From IMG/VR virus record IMGVR_UViG_3300025738_000011, positions 1 through 25,996 of that record: 25,996 nt of DNA. One strand, 5' to 3'. The notes under the pieces are model-generated. The model saw nothing but the letters and a program-made list of their open reading frames with translations. It was not told the DNA's origin and searched no databases. This DNA comes from a virus. Its lineage: Duplodnaviria > Caudoviricetes. Positions 7,941-17,661 of the stretch are shown here, piece by piece. Each line of letters opens with the position of its first letter. Positions within the stretch are counted from its first letter, which is position 1. The translations under genes and the position numbers were made by a program.

Positions 7941-8362
7941 TCCTTGAATTTCCCTTAAATTGAACGGGCTGAAGAATTAACCATTCCCAGCCTAAATTTT
8001 CATATAGAAAAGACAGTAATCGAATCGTTTTATTATTTCAATGATTTATCGGGGTATTTTTAGATAAGTTGTATTAATTGAATTATCACATGGTAATAAA
8101 AGCAAAAGCTCGTGCCATATAGCTAAAATATTACGGGTATTGAACAAGAGGACAAAAGTTACGTGTCCTATTTGTTTTCTTATTATATCTCTGTTCTGTA
8201 ACTATTTGTTCTTCTGTTAATTCAAAAAATTTACAAGCTCATGCTCTACGAGAGCCACCTAAATCACCAAAAACATGATCTATTTTGACAGTCTCAGATT
8301 AATGTCCAATAAAAATACTGTTAATTTAATAAATCTATAACAGCGCCTTTAGCACTCGTTTT

Positions 8363-8371
8363 AATAAATAC
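8363..8371 (+). promoter_or_regulatory. T4-late-like promoter motif AATAAATAC
   Basis: The octamer ends 26 nt before the first gene of the + strand block. Confidence 0.45.
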
Positions 8372-8396
8372 ATATACATAAAACGAGGAAACAATA

Positions 8397-8579
8397 ATGA
8401 ACAACAAAAACACACGTAGATTCGACGACCCAATTTTAGGCTATATCGAACTAATACACATCGAGACTATCAGCCAAGCACAATTCAATTCTCTTAAATG
8501 CTTGAATAAAAATCACCGCTACATAAGAAACTTTCCATTCATCGACGTATATATGATTGTAGATATGAACCATGTATAG
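8397..8579 (+). CDS. Hypothetical phage protein (60 aa)
   Basis: RBS GAGGA and ATG start. First gene of the packaging block, 8 nt from the HNH gene. Confidence 0.65.
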   Translation: MNNKNTRRFDDPILGYIELIHIETISQAQFNSLKCLNKNHRYIRNFPFIDVYMIVDMNHV

Positions 8580-8587
8580 CGTAGACA

Positions 8588-9007
8588 ATGCGTTTACTAA
8601 AACTATGCTCACATCCGCATTGTAAAGAACCTGATGTAATAAACGGTAGATGTGAATTACACCAACGCAACCTAAAGCCCAATACTACTAATAGATCATC
8701 AACTACAACTAATAACGCCATTTATAACTCAACTAAATGGCGCAAGCTTAGGAAGAGAAAGTTCACGGAAGAGCCATTATGTGAACATTGTTTTAAGCTC
8801 AATATCATCACACCAACTGACGTAATCGATCACATAAAACCAGTATTAGATTATCCCGAACTGAGCTACACATACTCAAATTTACAGTCCTTATGTCACG
8901 GTTGCCATAACAACAAAACAGCACAAGAAACAAAGGCACGTATTAAACCCAAAGACATTTCAGTTCATGAGTTATTCGAGCAAATCAAAAGGAATACAAA
9001 ATGTTAA
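8588..9007 (+). CDS. HNH endonuclease, terminase-associated (HK97 gp74-like)
   Basis: YNSTKWRKLR, PLCEHC, VIDHIKP, NLQSLCHGCHNNKT. Lies upstream of cos/TerS. Confidence 0.93.
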   Translation: MRLLKLCSHPHCKEPDVINGRCELHQRNLKPNTTNRSSTTTNNAIYNSTKWRKLRKRKFTEEPLCEHCFKLNIITPTDVIDHIKPVLDYPELSYTYSNLQSLCHGCHNNKTAQETKARIKPKDISVHELFEQIKRNTKC

Positions 9008-9210
9008 ATCCAGCAGCAATAGACAATCACATCTTTATATATAAGGACACCTTGTTTCAATTCGTTATCGAAGAATCAGAAACCGATGACGGTAATATAG
9101 TGGAGGATTATGTATTCATTAATCTAGATACTGATGAAGTTAATCGAGACGAAAGCAACGAATTGCTCAGATACTTAGTTCAGTTGAGCCACGACTTACT
9201 ACACAAATAA
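9001..9210 (+). CDS. Hypothetical acidic phage protein
   Basis: RBS AAGGA. Overlaps the HNH stop. Confidence 0.7.
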   Translation: MLNPAAIDNHIFIYKDTLFQFVIEESETDDGNIVEDYVFINLDTDEVNRDESNELLRYLVQLSHDLLHK

Positions 9211-9219
9211 GGAATACAA

Positions 9220-9471
9220 ATGCGATACAATATTTTCAAAAGCACGACTAATAAGCATGAATATGTTTATGTCGATGTATACAAGCACAAACCATACCCA
9301 ACCGAAGATTATCCAACGGGATTAGAACGACGCCGCGAAGTTATGCTCAGCGAATTAGAAATGGTTCATTCAATCTATTCGACACTAGGTTACATACGCG
9401 ACGATGATACGACCGATATCATTCATGAAGATACAATTGACGAAAGCACCGACACAAACACTGGCGAATAA
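9220..9471 (+). CDS. Hypothetical phage protein with acidic tail
   Basis: RBS TAAGGA, 9 nt after the previous stop. Confidence 0.7.
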   Translation: MRYNIFKSTTNKHEYVYVDVYKHKPYPTEDYPTGLERRREVMLSELEMVHSIYSTLGYIRDDDTTDIIHEDTIDESTDTNTGE

Positions 9472-9537
9472 TTTTGTTAGTGGTTTATTGATTAAATATA
9501 ATGGTGATTATCAACAGTTAAATAATCTTGAGTTGGT

Positions 9538-9630
9538 TGGAGGGGGCGGGTTCAAAACTGCTAGAAGCCCCATGATAACAGCGCACCGTTAGTGTTTTTT
9601 ATGCGTCCTGAACTTTGAATATATTTTCCC
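9538..9630. other. Probable cos (cohesive end / packaging) region
   Basis: Non-coding gap between the HNH block and TerS with a G-run ggagggggcggg, a GC-rich core agcgcaccgt near 9580-9589 and a following T-run. This layout is typical of HK97-type cos regions. The exact cut is not determinable. Confidence 0.6.
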
Positions 9631-9778
9631 CTCACATCTCCTAGCCAACAATCAACTTCAAAGCCAACATTGTAGACCTCAAACTAAGCACGTCAAATGC
9701 TAGATGCTCAATCATTACACTGGCTGAAACCTAAGATAGTCCTCGCTATAGTGCCCATTCCATTCCAATAAACATTTT

Positions 9779-9787
9779 TATAAATAC
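9779..9787 (+). promoter_or_regulatory. T4-late-like promoter motif TATAAATAC
   Basis: Exact TATAAATA, 30 nt before the TerS ATG at 9817. Confidence 0.55.
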
Positions 9788-9816
9788 CTCATACATCTAA
9801 GAAAATGAGGCACGAA

Positions 9817-10245
9817 ATGTCAATTCCTGATCCAAAAAAAACAACAAAAAGAGCACCTAAAACGATGCGAAAAGACCCATTTTCTATGGAGTTTTTTAAG
9901 CTGATTTTAGCGCAATGTTCAGAAAACGAGACTATTACACCCCAAGATTACTTCGCTCTTGGTCTAATCAGTGAAAGATACAGTCTTTATAAGCAAACCC
10001 TCGAACAATTACATGATGAAAACGGCGTTCCTATTATCGCCATCGATCAAATCGGTGATAAAGGCCAAGACAGCCAGAAGATGAATCAATTGTTTAAAGC
10101 ATCTAATGATTTGTATACGCAGCTAATGAATGGCTTGAGAGAGTTCGGGCTAACACCAAAATCAAGAAATGACGTTCAAAAGATCAAAGCGGAACGTGAG
10201 TCATTACTACACCATATGATGAAAGGTGTATCTGATGATGATTAG
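9817..10245 (+). CDS. terS: Terminase small subunit (P27 family)
   Basis: C-terminal EFGLTPKSR motif. Directly upstream of and overlapping TerL. GAGG RBS favours ATG 9817 over 9805. Confidence 0.9.
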   Translation: MSIPDPKKTTKRAPKTMRKDPFSMEFFKLILAQCSENETITPQDYFALGLISERYSLYKQTLEQLHDENGVPIIAIDQIGDKGQDSQKMNQLFKASNDLYTQLMNGLREFGLTPKSRNDVQKIKAERESLLHHMMKGVSDDD

Positions 10246-11980
10246 TGATGAATATGCCTATTCTGATCTTAAATCCAACGAACAAAGTTATAAATGGTGT
10301 CACCGATATTGCTATGGCGTTCTCAACGGAAATATTGTCGCTAACAAGTGGATCAAGCTAGCGGCGGAGCGTCATTTTAACGACATCGAACGCAGTAAAA
10401 CAGAGGACTTTAAATACAAGTTCTCACCAGCACGCGCACAACACGCCATTGATTTCTATAAGCTCACTACACACACCAAAGGGGCATTGGCTGGGCAACC
10501 AATACAATTACAGCCTTGGCAAATATTCATTGTTTCATCAATATTCGGTTGGATTACAAAAGACAAAGATACCGAAACAGGCAAGCGGTTACGAAGATTT
10601 AAAAAGGCTGAAGTTTTTGTAGGCCGTAAGAATGGGAAGTCTACATTAGCTAGCGGTATCGCTCTTTATATGATGCTACTCGATGGCGAACAAGGCGCTG
10701 AAATAGTTACCGCTGCCGCTAGCAAGGATCAAGCACGTATCGTGTTTAATGATGCCGCGCAAATGGTTAGAAGTGGTGCGTTGAGTGAAATAGCTCAGCC
10801 GTATAAGTATGACATTCGTTGTGAAGATACAAACTCAATATTCAAAGCTGTAGCTAGTGAAGCAAAAAACCTAGACGGTAAGAATCCGCATTGCGCAATC
10901 ATCGATGAACTACATTCACATAAAAATAGTGATGTTTTGGATGTTATTTCAAGCGGCACAGGCGCAAGAAAGCAGCCCCTTATTTTTATTATATCTACCG
11001 CTGGAACAATATTAGATGGTGTTGCCGTTGACCAATGGAAATACGGCGAAGGTATATTAAATAATGTCTTTGAAGATGATCATTATTTCGCAGCGCTTTA
11101 CTCAATTGATGCTGGTGATGATTTTTCAAAGTCTGATGTATGGATAAAAGCCAACCCATGCTTGGGTATAAGTGTTAGCTATGAATACTTAGAGAATGAG
11201 TTAAAACAAGCGCTAGCCATCAATTCAGCTAAGGCTAATTTCTTAACAAAGTTCATGAATATATTTGTTAATAGCTCAACGTCTTGGCTAGATATCGGCA
11301 AAGTAAAAGCGTGTCAACATAAGCTTGATTTAGACGATTATAAGGGTAAAAAGTGCTATATAGGCTTAGATTTAGCGCAGAAAATCGACTTAACCGATAT
11401 TTGTTTAGTGTTCCCTAATGACATAGGCGGCATTGATATATTCAATCGATCATTCATTCCACAAGGCGCAATAAACAAAGCTACTAAACATCAGCAACAT
11501 CTGTATCGAAAGTTCGAACAAGAAGGCTCTTTGATTGTTACTAATGGAGAAGTAACAGACTTTACTATTATTGAAGAATTCATCATTAAGTTTTGTCAGG
11601 ACTTCGATGTTCAACACGTTTGTTATGACGCTCACGCAGCCGCACAGCTAGCTATTTCGTTAACTAAACAGAACATTCCTATGCTTGAAGTTTCTCAATC
11701 GATGATGAGCTTGTCAGAGCCAGCCAAAGAATTTGAAAAGATGATTGTCGCCAAAGAATTACGTCACACTGGGAATGGTGTTTTCATGTGGTGCTGTTCT
11801 AATTCATATGTTTATACAGATGCTAATGAGAACATCAAAGTACAGAAAGAAAACAAAAATTCATCTAATAAAATAGATTCAGTGATTAGTTGTATCACTG
11901 CTTTATCAGCCGTTGTTTATGAAGAACCTAATGAGCAATTTGTTTATGAAAACAAGCCTATGTTGATATTAGGTTCATAG
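10235..11980 (+). CDS. terL: Terminase large subunit
   Basis: LQPWQ, Walker A VGRKNGKS, Walker B AIIDELH, ISTAG coupling motif, nuclease GLDLA and KIDSV. Confidence 0.97.
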   Translation: MMISDEYAYSDLKSNEQSYKWCHRYCYGVLNGNIVANKWIKLAAERHFNDIERSKTEDFKYKFSPARAQHAIDFYKLTTHTKGALAGQPIQLQPWQIFIVSSIFGWITKDKDTETGKRLRRFKKAEVFVGRKNGKSTLASGIALYMMLLDGEQGAEIVTAAASKDQARIVFNDAAQMVRSGALSEIAQPYKYDIRCEDTNSIFKAVASEAKNLDGKNPHCAIIDELHSHKNSDVLDVISSGTGARKQPLIFIISTAGTILDGVAVDQWKYGEGILNNVFEDDHYFAALYSIDAGDDFSKSDVWIKANPCLGISVSYEYLENELKQALAINSAKANFLTKFMNIFVNSSTSWLDIGKVKACQHKLDLDDYKGKKCYIGLDLAQKIDLTDICLVFPNDIGGIDIFNRSFIPQGAINKATKHQQHLYRKFEQEGSLIVTNGEVTDFTIIEEFIIKFCQDFDVQHVCYDAHAAAQLAISLTKQNIPMLEVSQSMMSLSEPAKEFEKMIVAKELRHTGNGVFMWCCSNSYVYTDANENIKVQKENKNSSNKIDSVISCITALSAVVYEEPNEQFVYENKPMLILGS

Positions 11981-12008
11981 ACTATCTAGTATTGATTTTG
12001 CCGCTATT

Positions 12009-12040
12009 TGTAATTGATAAATAAAGTTATATCAATTACA
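12009..12040 (+). promoter_or_regulatory. 10-bp dyad overlapping a T4-late-like motif GATAAATA (12016-12023)
   Basis: tgtaattgat...atcaattaca perfect IR. The motif ends 32 nt before the portal ATG. Confidence 0.45.
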
Positions 12041-12055
12041 TAAAAGGCAGCATCA

Positions 12056-13321
12056 ATGTCAAATATATTAGATTCAAGTGGTGTGCCATTCGGTTCAAAC
12101 TATGCTCAATCACTAAACTACATCAGTACTCATCATAATGTTGGCGGCGTTTCTGTTAACTCTACTACTGCTTATCAGCATTCAATAGTTTACGCATGTA
12201 TTAGAGTTCTTGCGGAGTCAGTTGGACAATTACCGGTAAATCTATTTGAAATAGGTGATGACGGTAGCAGAACAAAAACTAGAAACCATCAGCAGCTAAA
12301 AGTATTAACACAAGCGCCAAACGATTATCAGACGTGGCAAGAAATGCTTGAGTTAATCGTTACGCATATTAATTTGTACGGCAATTTCTACGCATTTGTG
12401 AACCGCAGAAAATCCAATGGTAAAACTCGCATTGTTGAGATTATTCCGATCCCAAATCCTGAGTCCGTTATTGTGAAAATGATGCGCGGTCAAGTGAGTT
12501 TTGAAATTACTGATTCTGCGTTAATCGACTTACCTAAGCGAATTTTTAGTAGTAATGAAATACTTCATATCAAAGGCGCTTCAACTGATGGTTTGATAGG
12601 AATATCACCTATATCGCAAGCCTCACGATCGATTGGTCTCTCAATAGCCGCTGAACGCCACGCTGAAGAGTTCTATAACAATTCAGCAACGCCGAATGGA
12701 ATATTGACAACCGACCAACAATTGTCGCCAGAAGCATCTAAGCGATTACAAGATGGTTTTAATGAAATACATCAAGGAATCAAGAACAGTAACAAGCTAG
12801 CAGTTCTTGAAGGTGGTCTTAAATACCAAGGTATCACCGTAAGCAACAAAGATTCTCAGTTCATGGAAACACGCGCTTTTCAAAAGAATGAAATATGTGC
12901 TTTGTTCCGAGTGCCAACACAAATGGTTCAAGCAGGGGACTCGAAATACTCCAACTTTGAGCAAGCTATTCTTTCATTTCATAGAGACACATTGATCCCC
13001 CTTATCAGTCGTATTACAAACAAAATAAACACGCTGCTCGACGATGATTTAGAAATCCAACTAGATGATACCTACATTTTACGCGGCGATTCTAAGACTC
13101 AGTCAGAAGTTAATACGGCTTATTTTAACCTCGGTGCTTTGTCGATAAATGAATTACGAAATCGCATAGGTGAGGCAAGCATTGAAGGCGGTGATGTCCG
13201 TGTCGTGGATTCCAATAATCACACATTAGGCGACATATCAAAAATAGACGAGCTACAGCAAGAACAATTACAACTAGAACCAACAACAAATGGAGATGTC
13301 ACGGATGACAATCAAACATAA
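12056..13321 (+). CDS. Portal protein, HK97 family
   Basis: VYACIRVLAESVGQLP, LYGNFY, EILHIK, GISPI, VLEGGLKY, EICALFRVP, SINELR. Confidence 0.97.
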   Translation: MSNILDSSGVPFGSNYAQSLNYISTHHNVGGVSVNSTTAYQHSIVYACIRVLAESVGQLPVNLFEIGDDGSRTKTRNHQQLKVLTQAPNDYQTWQEMLELIVTHINLYGNFYAFVNRRKSNGKTRIVEIIPIPNPESVIVKMMRGQVSFEITDSALIDLPKRIFSSNEILHIKGASTDGLIGISPISQASRSIGLSIAAERHAEEFYNNSATPNGILTTDQQLSPEASKRLQDGFNEIHQGIKNSNKLAVLEGGLKYQGITVSNKDSQFMETRAFQKNEICALFRVPTQMVQAGDSKYSNFEQAILSFHRDTLIPLISRITNKINTLLDDDLEIQLDDTYILRGDSKTQSEVNTAYFNLGALSINELRNRIGEASIEGGDVRVVDSNNHTLGDISKIDELQQEQLQLEPTTNGDVTDDNQT

Positions 13322-13997
13322 GAGCATAAATTACGAAATAAAATCAATCGATGAGGCTGGTTTTTTCGAAGGATATGCGAACGTTAAGCATGTAAAAGAT
13401 CATGCTAGTGATATGACCGTAGACGGTGCGTTTACTCAATCACTTTTGAAGCATAAAGACGCTGACACGATGCCTTTGATGTTTTGGAATCATAAAACTG
13501 ATGAGCCAATCGGTGTATGGACAGAAATGTTTGAAGATGATCACGGCTTGTATATCAAAGGACAGTTGTTAGTAGATGACATAGCTAAAGCTAAAGAGAT
13601 ATACGCACTTATGAAGCGCAAAGCTATCACAGGCTTATCGATTGGTTATGTAGTTCAAGACGAATCATTTGAACGAGAAACAAATACAAATCTATTGAAA
13701 TCGGTTCATATCCTTGAGGTCTCAGTTGTCAGTTTCGCGTGTAATGAACAATCACAAGTTGAAGTCGTGAAATCAAGATTTGCTACTGATGAAATGCCAA
13801 GTGAAAGAGAGTTTGAAAAGGCATTACGTGAGCTAGGTTTATCTAGAAAACAAGCCAAGACATTCATGTTCGAAGGTTACAAATCACTAGCCGCTAATGA
13901 TGAAAATGACCCCCTAAATGAATCACTAAATACAATCGAGGACGAAGCAACAAACGAAAAAGCCAAAGAGCTTTTATTGTTACTCAAATCACTATAA
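13305..13997 (+). CDS. Prohead maturation protease, HK97 family
   Basis: GFFEGYA, MFWNH...PIGVW, GLSIGY, LEVSVVSFACN. GGAG RBS favours ATG 13305. Confidence 0.95.
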   Translation: MTIKHKSINYEIKSIDEAGFFEGYANVKHVKDHASDMTVDGAFTQSLLKHKDADTMPLMFWNHKTDEPIGVWTEMFEDDHGLYIKGQLLVDDIAKAKEIYALMKRKAITGLSIGYVVQDESFERETNTNLLKSVHILEVSVVSFACNEQSQVEVVKSRFATDEMPSEREFEKALRELGLSRKQAKTFMFEGYKSLAANDENDPLNESLNTIEDEATNEKAKELLLLLKSL

Positions 13998-14129
13998 CCA
14001 ACTCCCCAAATATCTAATCAATTACTAAAGCTAGCGGGATGCTAGCGCAAACATTCAACACATGCTGGATGCCTGTTTTGTTTGGTCACTTGTATTAAAT
14101 ATTTCAAATAAGAAAAAGGATTTTTATAA

Positions 14130-15305
14130 ATGGAATTAACCGAAATTATGGTGGCTGTTCAAGAACTTGCTACTAAAAAAGATACGTCAATTGAAGAGAT
14201 TGCCCAAGTGAAATCACAGCTTCAAGCATTCGAAACTAAAGGCGCTGACGCACAAACAAAAACATCAGCAATTGAAGCTGAATTATTAGAACTAAAAGAA
14301 TCTTTTTTAGATTTAGAAACAAAAGGACACTACAACATGGATGTTGAAAACACAAAAGCTTTTGATATGAATATCGAACTTAAATCACTAGCAAAAGCTA
14401 ACCCTCAAGCTGATATTTTATCAAAAGGTTTAACCTCAGAAGCAAGTTCAGCAGGCGCAACAATTCGCACAGAATATGAAGCTGGTATTGTTAAACCATT
14501 ACGTGAGCAATCAGCTTTCTTATCATTGATTGGTCATAAAAGTATTCCAAGTGAAGATTACAAACGTTTAGTTCGTGTATCAAATGCTGGAATGCGTTGG
14601 GCTGGTGAGAATGTTAATAACAGTGATATAGCCAATACGGGAACACAAGCATACGCAGAAGTAACTGGTGTATTTGGTAAAGCAGAAGCTTATCCATTTG
14701 TAACGCAAGAAATGCTAGATGATTCAGCGTTTGATCTTCAATCTGAACTATCTGAATCAGTAATCGAAGAAATTGGCGATGGTGTTGCCAAAGCTGCTTT
14801 AGCTGGTGATGGTGTTAAAAAGCCTAAAGGTCTATTAGCTACAACTACTGGCGCAGATCATGAAAAATTCGAAGTTCTAACTGTTGGCGCTGCTGGCAAG
14901 TTTGGGGCAAATACAACGGCGGCTGTTAAGTCTTTACGCACAATCGCACGCTCACTAAAAACTGGCTACCGCGCTAATGCTAAATGGTTGATGTCAGAAG
15001 AAACACGCGACACCGTGTTGGCATTTGTTTACGCAGATGGTAAGTCAATAATCAATGAAGATCTTACAGAAATGCCAGATGGACGTTTACTTGGTAAAGA
15101 AATCGTTATCGATTCAAATATGCCAGAAAATGAAATCGTATACGGTGATTTTGAACGCGGTTTTACATTCCTAACAGTTCGCGGTTTATCTGTTCTACCT
15201 AATCCATATGCTAAAGCTGGCAACGTTCAGTTTTACCACGCTATGCGTGTTGGAACTATGGTAAATGATACTCAAGCATTGAAGATTGTTAAGTTAAAAG
15301 CTTAA
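14130..15305 (+). CDS. Major capsid protein, HK97 fold with N-terminal delta domain
   Basis: Coiled-coil N-terminus, QEMLDDSAFDL, GDGVKKPKGLL, YRANAKWLM, LLGKEIV, YGDF. Confidence 0.96.
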   Translation: MELTEIMVAVQELATKKDTSIEEIAQVKSQLQAFETKGADAQTKTSAIEAELLELKESFLDLETKGHYNMDVENTKAFDMNIELKSLAKANPQADILSKGLTSEASSAGATIRTEYEAGIVKPLREQSAFLSLIGHKSIPSEDYKRLVRVSNAGMRWAGENVNNSDIANTGTQAYAEVTGVFGKAEAYPFVTQEMLDDSAFDLQSELSESVIEEIGDGVAKAALAGDGVKKPKGLLATTTGADHEKFEVLTVGAAGKFGANTTAAVKSLRTIARSLKTGYRANAKWLMSEETRDTVLAFVYADGKSIINEDLTEMPDGRLLGKEIVIDSNMPENEIVYGDFERGFTFLTVRGLSVLPNPYAKAGNVQFYHAMRVGTMVNDTQALKIVKLKA

Positions 15306-15319
15306 TTTAAATCCACGAC

Positions 15320-15346
15320 AAACAGCCGCCACGCGGCTGTTTTCTT
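15320..15346 (+). terminator. Intrinsic terminator after capsid gene
   Basis: aaacagccgc-cac-gcggctgttt followed by tctt. Confidence 0.8.
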
Positions 15347-15363
15347 CAATATAGGAGAACACA

Positions 15364-15867
15364 ATGATTACTAATATTCTTAAAATCAACGGTGATAATC
15401 CTGTAGATTTAAAACAAGCTAAAGATCATCTATTCATCAATCACGATGAAGATGATCAATACATTCAAGATTTGATTGAAGCTTCAATTTCTCATGCTGA
15501 AGGTTTAACCAATCGTAAGCTAAGCGCCTACGAAATTACAGAAGTAATACCAGAACTAAGTGGCAATCGTCATTTAAAATATGGCAATAATTCTGACATA
15601 CAAATAAGAAGTGCTAATACATTAATCGATTCATCAAAATATCAAGTTGGTATCGATCAGTTGTTAATTCAAAGCACCATAAAAAACGTAACGCTTACTT
15701 ATCGATGTGGTTATTCATCTACTGACTGTCCGATGGATATCAAGGCAGCAATTCTATTGCTTGTCGCTACTTTATACGAATCAAGAGCTGATGTTAGCTT
15801 CGGTGTTCAACAATACAAATCCGCTTTAAGTTCGTCAGTCATTCTCAACAAATACAAATTGTATTAG
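15364..15867 (+). CDS. Head-tail connector (HK97 gp6 / phiE125 gp8-like)
   Basis: PVDLKQAKDHL..DEDDQYIQDLI, P.DIKAAILLLVATLYESR. Position after the capsid gene. Confidence 0.92.
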   Translation: MITNILKINGDNPVDLKQAKDHLFINHDEDDQYIQDLIEASISHAEGLTNRKLSAYEITEVIPELSGNRHLKYGNNSDIQIRSANTLIDSSKYQVGIDQLLIQSTIKNVTLTYRCGYSSTDCPMDIKAAILLLVATLYESRADVSFGVQQYKSALSSSVILNKYKLY

Positions 15868-15872
15868 GAGAG

Positions 15873-16199
15873 ATGGCAATGATTAACATAGGACGAATGA
15901 ATTCATTTATTGAGTTCTTCAAAGTTGTAAATATTAAAGATGAATACAACGCAGTAAGTCAATCGCTCGAATTAGTGTATTCAACAAGAGCGCGTGTATT
16001 GGATAAATCTATCTCTAAAACCGACGATGAAACTCCCAACTCAAGATCACTCATTGATGCTACTTGTCGCTATAGCACATCAATCACCGATGAAATGATT
16101 TTGCGATACGACAACAAAGATTATGAGATTAAAAATGTTGTTGATTTCGATGGGACAAAACGACAAATAAAAATTAGAGCTCAGAAAAATGCGCTATAA
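15873..16199 (+). CDS. Head closure protein (SPP1 gp16 / HK97 gp7-like)
   Basis: NIGRMNSFIEF, RY...ITDEM...YEIKNV. Size and position fit. Confidence 0.85.
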   Translation: MAMINIGRMNSFIEFFKVVNIKDEYNAVSQSLELVYSTRARVLDKSISKTDDETPNSRSLIDATCRYSTSITDEMILRYDNKDYEIKNVVDFDGTKRQIKIRAQKNAL

Positions 16200-16218
16200 A
16201 CGATTTTAGGAGGGGGTA

Positions 16219-16767
16219 ATGATTAATTCTAGTGTTACTGGCTTCAATGAATTAAACGCCATACTAACCGATTTAGGCGCAGTGCTTGGCAAGAAAGCAA
16301 CTAGATCCGCAGCTAAAAAAGCAATGCTACCAATCAAGCAAGAAATTGAAGCAACAAGTCCATTTGATACTACAAGAACCGATGGGGTTCATATCAAAGA
16401 CAGTTTTAAATTGCGTTTATCTGGTCGAACTAAAAAGCATCAACGCACAGGTGATACCACGTTTCTTGCTTGCTCAGTCTATAGCGCTGATAAAGAAGTA
16501 AACCGATATATTGCTCAAGTTGAATTTGGTCGAGGTGCCGTTTCTTTTAAACGAAATACCGTATTTGGCAACACAGTGAATCCATTTACTCAGCATCTTA
16601 AAGAAATCAAAGCCAATCCATTTATGCGAACAGCATTGAGGCGTAATAAAACACAAGTTGTTGAAACGTTTCAAAGTGGTTTAGTTGATGAAATCGAGAA
16701 GATTGCTAAGAGCAAAGCTAAACGTGAGGCGCGTATAAAGGCGAAGGAGAAAAAAGCCAATAAATAG
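16219..16767 (+). CDS. HK97 gp10-like tail completion/neck protein
   Basis: VTGFNELNAIL..L, VEFG, ANPFMRTAL. Confidence 0.88.
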   Translation: MINSSVTGFNELNAILTDLGAVLGKKATRSAAKKAMLPIKQEIEATSPFDTTRTDGVHIKDSFKLRLSGRTKKHQRTGDTTFLACSVYSADKEVNRYIAQVEFGRGAVSFKRNTVFGNTVNPFTQHLKEIKANPFMRTALRRNKTQVVETFQSGLVDEIEKIAKSKAKREARIKAKEKKANK

Positions 16768-16783
16768 GCTTGAGGTAACAAGA

Positions 16784-17152
16784 ATGATAGAACATTTAAT
16801 AGCAGAAATGATCAATGATTTAGGTATAGATAACTACCCAGTAGAAGCACCACAAAACACAAAAGGAACGTTTATTGTGTGGAATGTATCGGGATTCAAT
16901 AGTTTGAAAAACACCTCAAAAGATCAACATCACAAAGTAAATATACAATTCAATATTTACGCAAAAAGCTACAAAGAAACAAAATCAATTCAGTATAAAT
17001 TAGTCGATGTATTCGAATACTTACACGGATCAGTTGAGAGACAAAACGCAACATATGAAGTTATAGGTAATCTCGAAAATGTAGTTGATTTGTTCGATAC
17101 GGATATGAAGCAAATCGTTGTAGATATCCAAATGGAATACTACAAAAAATAA
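16784..17152 (+). CDS. Tail terminator protein (putative)
   Basis: YPVEAPQ, IQFNIYAKSY. Lies immediately before the tube gene. GAGG RBS. Confidence 0.75.
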   Translation: MIEHLIAEMINDLGIDNYPVEAPQNTKGTFIVWNVSGFNSLKNTSKDQHHKVNIQFNIYAKSYKETKSIQYKLVDVFEYLHGSVERQNATYEVIGNLENVVDLFDTDMKQIVVDIQMEYYKK

Positions 17153-17172
17153 CAATAAATGGAGTTAAACAC

Positions 17173-17601
17173 ATGGCAACTTTCTCAACGCCTAAAGGCA
17201 CAAAAGTTTTTTACAATTTAGATGGGCATGATCAACTAGCGGCAGACGTTACAGATAAATTTGTAAATGTTGAATCGTTTGGCGGCGTGACCGTAACAAC
17301 GGAAGCATTAACAGGCTACGACTTGGAGCTTGATGTAGAAATCGCAGCACCAGGTAAAATTGTTGTTAGTGATTTGGAACTACAAATCAATTTAATGGCT
17401 GATGACACCGCTACCTACGCATTATGGTCAGATGCCCAAATGACTAAAAAGACACCAACACTTTTAGTTGAAACGCCAAATGGTGGTAAACGTCTACTGA
17501 ACGTTATTATCACATCAGTTGGCGAACCTATTGAAGCTGGATCAATTCAACGTATGTCACTAGGTTTTAAAGTATCGGGACAACCTAAACGAGTCGTTTA
17601 A
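17173..17601 (+). CDS. Major tail tube protein (putative)
   Basis: 142 aa, KGTKVFY N-terminus and FKVSGQP C-terminus. GGAG RBS, downstream terminator, and position before the chaperones. Confidence 0.8.
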   Translation: MATFSTPKGTKVFYNLDGHDQLAADVTDKFVNVESFGGVTVTTEALTGYDLELDVEIAAPGKIVVSDLELQINLMADDTATYALWSDAQMTKKTPTLLVETPNGGKRLLNVIITSVGEPIEAGSIQRMSLGFKVSGQPKRVV

Positions 17602-17625
17602 TTGCTTGGTAACACTTTCCTCTGG

Positions 17626-17660
17626 TAGCTCTTACTGTCAAAAGTAGGGGCTATTTTTTT
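17626..17660 (+). terminator. Intrinsic terminator after tail tube gene
   Basis: Stem tagctcttact/agtaggggcta (with G-U pairs) followed by T7. Confidence 0.8.
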
Positions 17661-17661
17661 G

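Noticed and set aside
8149-8169. Dyad aggaca-N9-tgtcct in the divergent intergenic region
   Set aside because: Single short dyad with no cognate regulator or second copy; could be chance.
8285-8315. sigma70 promoter starting at TTGACA
   Set aside because: No convincing -10 hexamer at 16-18 nt spacing. It remains an alternative to the TAAATA model that should be tested.
9404-9592. 62-aa ORF across the cos region
   Set aside because: No RBS, overlaps the preceding gene and runs through the probable cos signal.
16759-16766. AATAAATA before the tail terminator gene
   Set aside because: Only 17 nt from the start, so a transcript would begin within the RBS. It also overlaps coding sequence and the stop codon.
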